This document shows, piece by piece, positions 57,901 to 64,000 of a stretch of 64,000 nt of DNA. A program made the translations under genes and the position numbers. Source of the DNA: Candidatus Poribacteria bacterium (lineage in GTDB: Bacteria; Poribacteria; WGA-4E; WGA-3G); NCBI GenBank assembly GCA_965200205.1, contig CBDAUI010000002.1, positions 520,520-584,519 on the forward strand. The letters run 5' to 3'. The stretch's first letter is position 1. Every line of letters begins with the position of its first letter. A model generated the notes under the pieces. It was not told where the DNA came from and searched no databases. It saw nothing but the letters and a program-made list of their open reading frames with translations.

Positions 57901-58617
57901 ATGATTCAACCCACACCCGCACAGAAAGCGCAATGGGAAGAAAAAGGCTATCTCGTTTTTGAAAATGCTATTCAAGGGGCAGACCTTAAGCGGCTCCAAA
58001 ATGCTTTCGACTATTGGGCGGACGCTTGCAAAGCCGAATGGCTGGACAGAGTCGAAGCCGGAGACGCCGCCGCAACCTTCTATGACATCCCGAATCCGCT
58101 TGAGAAGGATCCGATCTTTATTGATATTATCGACTATCCGAGTTACTACGGTGCCCTAATGGCGTTCACAGATCACGAGCTCATCCTACTGGGACCGCAG
58201 GTTCGGACTGTGGCACCGTGGCCCGTGAGTTACACGGGATGGCACCCTGATGTCGGATATGACAATCCGCTCCATATCAAGGTACAAATCTACGTCAACG
58301 ATGTCGAGCCCGGGGGTGGGGAGTTCGGTTTTGTACCGGGCAGTCATAAACCGGATTCAGGGCCATACACGCGTCCGATGCGACAAGAGAGTATGACCGG
58401 ACATAAGACGTTCCCGGGTAAAGCAGGCACAGCGATTATGTTCAACTCCTGCGGATGGCACGTTTCGATGGACAATCATTCCGATACACCCCGTAAGTCG
58501 ATTATCCTAATCTATGAAAAGCGTACACCCGGACGCGTCAAACCGGAACAGTTTGCCGCGATTTCAGCGTATTGTCAAACCCCGGAACGTCGCGCCCTGT
58601 TTAGTTTAGACGGTTAG
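57901..58617 (+). CDS. Phytanoyl-CoA dioxygenase (PhyH) family protein
   Basis: Q...W.E.GYLV, WHPD, VPGSH, WH motifs. Confidence 0.88.
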   Translation: MIQPTPAQKAQWEEKGYLVFENAIQGADLKRLQNAFDYWADACKAEWLDRVEAGDAAATFYDIPNPLEKDPIFIDIIDYPSYYGALMAFTDHELILLGPQVRTVAPWPVSYTGWHPDVGYDNPLHIKVQIYVNDVEPGGGEFGFVPGSHKPDSGPYTRPMRQESMTGHKTFPGKAGTAIMFNSCGWHVSMDNHSDTPRKSIILIYEKRTPGRVKPEQFAAISAYCQTPERRALFSLDG

Positions 58618-58636
58618 TCAAGGGAGGTTCGTCATA

Positions 58637-59530
58637 ATGCCACGAATTGATTCGCATCTGCATGTATTCACAAAGGTATCACCGGAATTTCCGCGAGAAA
58701 CGACCGCCGTTTGTCCGGCCGAACGCGAAGAGTCTGCCGAAAAACTGTTAGGCGTGATGGCGGAACATCAGATTGATCAGGCGGTCCTCGTCCAGATGGG
58801 AGGCGCAAGCATAGCGCATCACCGTTATCTGCTGCATTGCCTGAAAGAATATCCGAACCGATTTTTAGGGATTGGATTGGTTCCAGAGGGACATCCGAAT
58901 CCTGCTGAACACATGGCGGAACTCACGGATAACACAGGGATTATCGGGTTCCGATTTTCTACATTTGGGGGACCGCGTGATATTTTTGCGAAGATGGATG
59001 TCCGCGAGTTTGCAGCGTATCCCATCTGGGAGAGTGCTGCCGAGCGCGATTATGTGCTGTGGCTCTATCCGAATGCGATCAACGCGCATCTCCTGCCGTA
59101 CCTGATTCAAGAATTCCCACAGGTCCGGGTCGTGCTAAATCATCTCGCCGCCTGCCCAGGAAAAGGCAAATTCACTTGGGACGAATTCGGTAGACCTCAG
59201 ATACAGGTGACAGGTTACAACTTGTTTATGCATACCACCTATCGGCTCGCGAGATTTGAAAATGTTAATGTCCATCTCTCCGGTCAGTACGCTTTTAGCA
59301 GAGAAGAATTCCCGTATAAAGATCTGGCAGGATGGCACCGCGGTCTTCTAAGCGGCTTTGGGACGAAACGATTGATGTGGGCAACCGATTTTCCATGGAT
59401 TTTGGAGGAACCCGGTTATGGTAAACTGACCACAGTTATAGAAGAATTATTACCGAATCTATCCGAAGCAGAATTAGCAGATATTATGGGTGGGAATGCG
59501 AAACGGATTTTAAGGTTTCCTGATCTCTAA
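58637..59530 (+). CDS. Amidohydrolase_2 family protein
   Basis: IDSHLH, VLNHL, RLMWATDFP, GGNA.R. Confidence 0.9.
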   Translation: MPRIDSHLHVFTKVSPEFPRETTAVCPAEREESAEKLLGVMAEHQIDQAVLVQMGGASIAHHRYLLHCLKEYPNRFLGIGLVPEGHPNPAEHMAELTDNTGIIGFRFSTFGGPRDIFAKMDVREFAAYPIWESAAERDYVLWLYPNAINAHLLPYLIQEFPQVRVVLNHLAACPGKGKFTWDEFGRPQIQVTGYNLFMHTTYRLARFENVNVHLSGQYAFSREEFPYKDLAGWHRGLLSGFGTKRLMWATDFPWILEEPGYGKLTTVIEELLPNLSEAELADIMGGNAKRILRFPDL

Positions 59531-59541
59531 AGGGGAGCCGT

Positions 59542-59928
59542 TCAGAATCCGCTTCCGGCTTGGAATTCAAACGCGTTCTGAATCTGTTCAAGTTTTAGTA
59601 ACTCAAGCTTCGGGGACAGATGGATCGCGATAACATCGAAACGGCAAGGTGCCTCGAATCGGTTGTGCGCGTGTAGGTATCCCATGGCGACTTTAGAAAT
59701 CTGTCGCTGTTTCTGCGTAGTTACCGCTGCTTGCGGGGTCCCGAATTTGAGGCTGCGTCGCGTTTTCACTTCTACAAAGACGATACAGTCGCCATCTTGT
59801 GCAACTATGTCGATTTCACCGCGTCCCGATCGGTAGTTCTGTGCAAGGATTTTATACCCATGTGCCTTGAGGTGCCCAGCCGCAAACGACTCACCCATTT
59901 CTGCGATATTCAACCGTGAACGATCCAT
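59542..59928 (-). CDS. yraN: YraN family endonuclease
   Basis: GE..A, GEIDIV, FVEVKTR, CRFDV. Confidence 0.92.
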   Translation of the reverse strand: MDRSRLNIAEMGESFAAGHLKAHGYKILAQNYRSGRGEIDIVAQDGDCIVFVEVKTRRSLKFGTPQAAVTTQKQRQISKVAMGYLHAHNRFEAPCRFDVIAIHLSPKLELLKLEQIQNAFEFQAGSGF

Positions 59929-59958
59929 CTGTGTTTCCTATTTTTTCTCGTACTGTAT

Positions 59959-59988
59959 TGCCAGACGGGGTTGCAAACCCCACCTGCA
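59959..59988. repeat. REP-like palindrome, TGCAGGCG family (minus-strand copy)
   Basis: Reverse complement reads tgcaggtggggtttgcaaccccgtctggca. Confidence 0.65.
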
Positions 59989-60007
59989 TGGAATTGTGTG
60001 CGTCATA

Positions 60008-60601
60008 TCAATCATCGGAAAGTAGTTTGAAGGTCTGACGGTGAACATCCGATGCACCGAACTGAGCGATCGCTTTTCGATGTTGGGATGTCGGGTAGCC
60101 TTTGTGTCTTTGGAATCCGTAGTGCGGATAGGTGCGATCCAATTCTATCATGATCCGATCGCGGGTAGTTTTGGCGATAATAGAGGCAGCTGCGATAGAG
60201 TAACTGCGGCTATCGCCTTTCGGGATTGCTTCGCCTGGGATGTCTGTTGCCGGAAAATTTATACCGTCAACGAGGAGATAATCGGGGTGTGGTGTGAGTT
60301 TTTCAATTGCATGCTGCATCGCCAATAAGGTCGCTTTGAGAACATTCAAACGGTCAACAGTTCGGTTATCCGCGGAACCGATACCTACGGACAAGGCGAC
60401 GTTATGGATTTCATCTGCTAACCGGTCGCGTTGTTTCGGTGTCAACTGCTTTGAATCTCTCAAACCGTCAATGTTGCAATTGAGAGGTAAGATGACTGCA
60501 GCAGCAATGACGGGACCCGCCAAGGCACCTCGGCCTGCCTCGTCAATGCCTGCAATCTGTTTGTAGCCGTTGCGTTGGCAAACGAGCTCAAAAGCGTCCA
60601 T
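60008..60601 (-). CDS. rnhB: Ribonuclease HII
   Basis: GIDEAGRG, DSK.L, VDG, SIAAASIIAK..RD, HKGY. Start ATG 60601. Confidence 0.95.
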   Translation of the reverse strand: MDAFELVCQRNGYKQIAGIDEAGRGALAGPVIAAAVILPLNCNIDGLRDSKQLTPKQRDRLADEIHNVALSVGIGSADNRTVDRLNVLKATLLAMQHAIEKLTPHPDYLLVDGINFPATDIPGEAIPKGDSRSYSIAAASIIAKTTRDRIMIELDRTYPHYGFQRHKGYPTSQHRKAIAQFGASDVHRQTFKLLSDD

Positions 60602-60611
60602 CAGTATCGGG

Positions 60612-60956
60612 TTAGGTTCTACGTTCTTTGACGCGTGCGGCTCTTCCCGTACGATCGCGCAAGTAATACAGCTTTGCACGCCGAACCGCCCCGTAACGGA
60701 CGACCTGAATGCTTTCAATGTTCGGTGAATGCAGTGGGAACGTCCGCTCACTTCCGGCACCGAATGCGACGCGTCGGACTGTAAAGGTTTCGCGTAATCC
60801 ACCGTGTGCACGACGAATAACAGTTCCCTCGTACGCTTGAATACGTTCCTTTTGTCCTTCACGGATACGCGTATTCACCTTGACAACATCCCCTGGACCG
60901 AAATCCGGGATATCGCTCTTCATATATTGACTTTCGACGGATTCAAGTAAATTCAT
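60612..60956 (-). CDS. rplS: 50S ribosomal protein L19
   Basis: [31 protein letters not shown]. Confidence 0.97.
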   Translation of the reverse strand: MNLLESVESQYMKSDIPDFGPGDVVKVNTRIREGQKERIQAYEGTVIRRAHGGLRETFTVRRVAFGAGSERTFPLHSPNIESIQVVRYGAVRRAKLYYLRDRTGRAARVKERRT

Positions 60957-61032
60957 GTCTTTCTCCTCCCCTCGCGTAATGCTTGGTTCGCTGTATGATG
61001 TTAATATTCCTTATGAACTAAAAACTTTTTTG

Positions 61033-61761
61033 CTATACCTTTAATCCCGCTCCTTTGAGGATTGCAATGTCCTCTTCGCTGAGTTCCAATCTTTGGAGCA
61101 GATCGGGACGACGTTTTGCTGTGCGTTTGAGTGCCTCAGCATATCGCCACTTTTCGATATTCTCATGATGTCCACTCAATAGGACTTCAGGGATCTGCAT
61201 TTCGGCGAACTGCGCAGGACGTGTATAGTGCGGATGATCAAGCAATTCCTGACTAAACGAATCGATGTGCGCGGATTCGTAATCACCGAGTGCACCCGGA
61301 AGTACGCGCCCGATAGCATCAATCAAAACGAGGGCTGCGATTTCACCGCCACTCAAGATGTAGTCACCGATTGAAACCTCGGTTGTTACCAATTTCTGAC
61401 GTACACGTTCATCCACGCCTTTGTAGCGTCCGCACAAAAGTATAAGATGCGACTCCAATGAAAGCGATTCTGCGAATCCTTGGGTCAGTGGTATCCCTTG
61501 AGGTGTCAGATAGACGACGTTTGCGGTTTCCTCTGGGTTCAACGCTTTGACGGCTGCGAAAATAGGTTCCGGTTTAAGGATCATCCCGGCACCGCCGCCG
61601 TAGGGGTAATCGTCAACCGACTTGTGTTTATCGGTCGTCCAATCTCGCAGGTTATGGAGATGAACCGCGAGTATATTAGCGTCGTGCGCGCGTTTGAGTA
61701 TCCCCGTCTTTAACGCTGGTGCGATGATTTCTGGAAACAGGGCAATAACATCAATTTTCAT
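61033..61761 (-). CDS. trmD: tRNA (guanine37-N1)-methyltransferase
   Basis: VDDYPYGGGAGM, SIGDYILSGGE, PHYTRP, LLSGHH. Confidence 0.97.
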   Translation of the reverse strand: MKIDVIALFPEIIAPALKTGILKRAHDANILAVHLHNLRDWTTDKHKSVDDYPYGGGAGMILKPEPIFAAVKALNPEETANVVYLTPQGIPLTQGFAESLSLESHLILLCGRYKGVDERVRQKLVTTEVSIGDYILSGGEIAALVLIDAIGRVLPGALGDYESAHIDSFSQELLDHPHYTRPAQFAEMQIPEVLLSGHHENIEKWRYAEALKRTAKRRPDLLQRLELSEEDIAILKGAGLKV

Positions 61762-61775
61762 TGCTATTTTTCAAT

Positions 61776-62027
61776 CTACACATCCTGCCTCGGTTCATCA
61801 ATTAGCTCAAGAATTACCTTTTTATTCGCGCACAATCCAGCGGTATAGAGGACGCTTCTAATGGCTTTCAGCGTCCGTCCGTATCTACCGATGATTTTCC
61901 CCAAATCCTCCTCTGTGACAGTCAATTCAATAATAACGACTGTTTCGCCAGTTACTTCTCGAACCACTACCTCATCGGGATAATCAACGAGAGATTTTAC
62001 GATGTATTCAATCAAATCTTTGAACAT
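61776..62027 (-). CDS. khpA: KH-domain RNA-binding protein
   Basis: LVDYP, DLGKIIGRYGRT..AIR. Confidence 0.9.
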   Translation of the reverse strand: MFKDLIEYIVKSLVDYPDEVVVREVTGETVVIIELTVTEEDLGKIIGRYGRTLKAIRSVLYTAGLCANKKVILELIDEPRQDV

Positions 62028-62080
62028 GGTTCACTTTTGGATTTCAGTAGATGCGTCCGCCCTTTGTGTTTTCGTCGGTG

Positions 62081-62491
62081 TTATTCTTCTTCCTCAGTGG
62101 ATTCGTCTGGTGTTGCTTCAGTCAGCAATGCGCCAGTTTCGGATTCTGTTTCTTGTGCTTCTGTCTGTTCCGTATCCTCTGCGTCCTCGGCTGTTTCAGG
62201 GGTTTCCTCTTCTGGCATCGGTCTCCCTAATTTTTCGTATTCAAATTTCATCAGAATCCCGCTTTTTGAGAGTAAACGCTTTGCTGTATCCGAGGGCTGC
62301 GCGCCGCGTCGTAACCATTTTAAGGCTTTCTCCTCATCGATGACGACATCTGCTGGATCCGTGAGTGGGTTGTAATGACCGAGGCGTTCTAAGAATGCAC
62401 CGTCTCTCTGTGCGCGAGCATCAGCCGCGACGAGCCGATAGAACGGACGTTTTTTACGACCATGTCGTTGTAATCTAATTCTAACTGCCAA
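62081..62491 (-). CDS. rpsP: 30S ribosomal protein S16 with an acidic C-terminal tail
   Basis: TTG start after [25 protein letters not shown]. Confidence 0.95.
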   Translation of the reverse strand: MAVRIRLQRHGRKKRPFYRLVAADARAQRDGAFLERLGHYNPLTDPADVVIDEEKALKWLRRGAQPSDTAKRLLSKSGILMKFEYEKLGRPMPEEETPETAEDAEDTEQTEAQETESETGALLTEATPDESTEEEE

Positions 62492-62568
62492 AAAATACCT
62501 CCCGTGGCATCTGTGCCACTTCATCTAAATTTTAAGCGGGTGATCCCGTTGCTGGGTTCACCGAATTA

Positions 62569-63981
62569 CTATCTGCGGCGTTTTCGTTTTCGAGGTTTTC
62601 TTGCCTTCCGTTTTGGACGAGGCGTTGCACGCATTTTCTGCCCGATTTTCTTGTTGAAAGGTGCGCCCATCCCCGGCATTGCCATCGCCGCCTGCTGATT
62701 TAACATCCGATTCATCATCTGGAGCTGCGAAACCAGCATGTTAATCTGATTGACTGTCGTACCACTACCTTCAGAAATACGGAGTTTTCGACTTCTATCT
62801 AACAATCGAGGGTTCTTACGCTCCTCAAGCGTCATGGATTGAATGATCGCCTTTGCACTGCGCAAATGGCTCTCATCGGGTGTAAGGTCTTTCGTCGGCA
62901 ACTGGTTCTTAAACGGCATGAGATCCATCAATTGATCTAACGGCCCCATATTTTTCAGCTGCTCTAACTGTGTCAAAAAATCGTCAAAATCGAGACCTTT
63001 GTTCTCTATAAGTTTACGTTCAAGTTCCTTTGCCTGATCTTCGCTGAATACCTCTTCCGCTTTCTCAATGAGTGTTTGCACATCGCCTTGTCCGAGGATA
63101 CGCGAAGACATTCGTTCTGGATGGAATTCTTCAAGCGAGGCTGCCTCAATCTTTTCACCGACACCGATGAATTTGATCGGTTTCTGTGTGATATGACGAA
63201 TCGAGAGCGCTGCACCGCCGCGAGCGTCGCCATCCATCTTCGTGAGGATAACGCCGTCAATGTCTAAGGCGTTGTTGAAATTTTCAGCGACGTTTACAGC
63301 GTCTTGCCCTGTCATTGCATCAACGATGAGCAGAATTTCAGTCGGGTCAACGCTCGCTCGAATCTCTCGAAGTTCACCCATTAATTCCTCGTTAACATGC
63401 AAACGTCCTGCGGTATCAATGATAACGCAGTTATGTCCGTGTGCTAAAGCCTCTTTGACGGAAGCCTCTGCGATCTTGACAGGTGAAACGTCTGTCCCCA
63501 TTGAGAAGACCGGTGTTTCTGTCTGCTCACCGAGAATTTGTAGCTGCTTAATAGCAGCGGGGCGATAGACGTCAGCAGCAACGAGAAGCGGTTTCCGTCC
63601 GTCTTTGCGAAATCTCAGTGCCAATTTTGCCGCTACGGTGGTCTTACCAGCACCTTGTAAACCGGCAAGCATGACGATCGTGGGACCGCTGGGGGCGATA
63701 CGAATCTTTTCCGCCTCGTTGCCCATCAATTGCGTCAGTTCTTCGCCGATAATTCGGGCGATCTGTAGTTCAGGCGTAAGGCTGCCGAGCACCTCTTGAC
63801 CGAGGGCGCGTTCTTTGATCCGATCTGTAAATTCACGTGTGACTTTATAGTTAACGTCGGCTTCCAGGAAAGCGCGCCGGACCTCACGTAAGGTATCAGA
63901 GATGTTATTTTCTGTGAGTTTTCCTTGCCCTTTCAATTTCTTGAAAGTGCTTTGTAACCTATCGCTTAAACTTTCAAACAT
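62569..63981 (-). CDS. ffh: Signal recognition particle protein
   Basis: GLQGAGKTT, DTAGR, TKMDGDARGG, M domain IIQSMT..ER. Confidence 0.97.
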   Translation of the reverse strand: MFESLSDRLQSTFKKLKGQGKLTENNISDTLREVRRAFLEADVNYKVTREFTDRIKERALGQEVLGSLTPELQIARIIGEELTQLMGNEAEKIRIAPSGPTIVMLAGLQGAGKTTVAAKLALRFRKDGRKPLLVAADVYRPAAIKQLQILGEQTETPVFSMGTDVSPVKIAEASVKEALAHGHNCVIIDTAGRLHVNEELMGELREIRASVDPTEILLIVDAMTGQDAVNVAENFNNALDIDGVILTKMDGDARGGAALSIRHITQKPIKFIGVGEKIEAASLEEFHPERMSSRILGQGDVQTLIEKAEEVFSEDQAKELERKLIENKGLDFDDFLTQLEQLKNMGPLDQLMDLMPFKNQLPTKDLTPDESHLRSAKAIIQSMTLEERKNPRLLDRSRKLRISEGSGTTVNQINMLVSQLQMMNRMLNQQAAMAMPGMGAPFNKKIGQKMRATPRPKRKARKPRKRKRRR

Positions 63982-64000
63982 GGGCTCTGTATCCTTTTTT

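Noticed and set aside
60602-60862. N-terminal extension of rnhB in the ORF track
   Set aside because: It overlaps rplS in another frame. RNase HII motifs begin after ATG 60601.

Overview
A gene-dense bacterial window. By inference it is probably a Candidatus Poribacteria-like genome: two PhyH-family dioxygenases, a Uma2 nuclease, a TPR-redoxin and many intergenic hairpin repeats. Left to right it holds ABC transporters and outer-membrane or exported proteins (1-16.6 kb); an enlarged pst operon with a K+ channel gene inside and three PstB paralogues (17.1-24.6 kb); an ion/osmotic cluster with 3 MscS, a cation-chloride cotransporter and CorA; a sigma-54-promoter operon ytxH/N-formylglutamate amidohydrolase/DUF1704 metallopeptidase/GshB-like ligase next to an enhancer-binding protein (33.7-39.2 kb); a defence-like island (44.6-56.8 kb); and the ffh-rpsP-khpA-trmD-rplS-rnhB-yraN cluster. 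The best candidate for a new system is in the island: a type IIG-like restriction-modification gene flanked by a TIR-TPR-TOPRIM gene and an ABC-ATPase-TOPRIM gene whose TOPRIM domains are close paralogues. The 3' end of the RM gene recurs twice more downstream, each copy preceding different cargo. No rRNA, tRNA, CRISPR array, integrase, transposase or reverse transcriptase was recognised. All family calls come from motifs read by eye; no searches were run.
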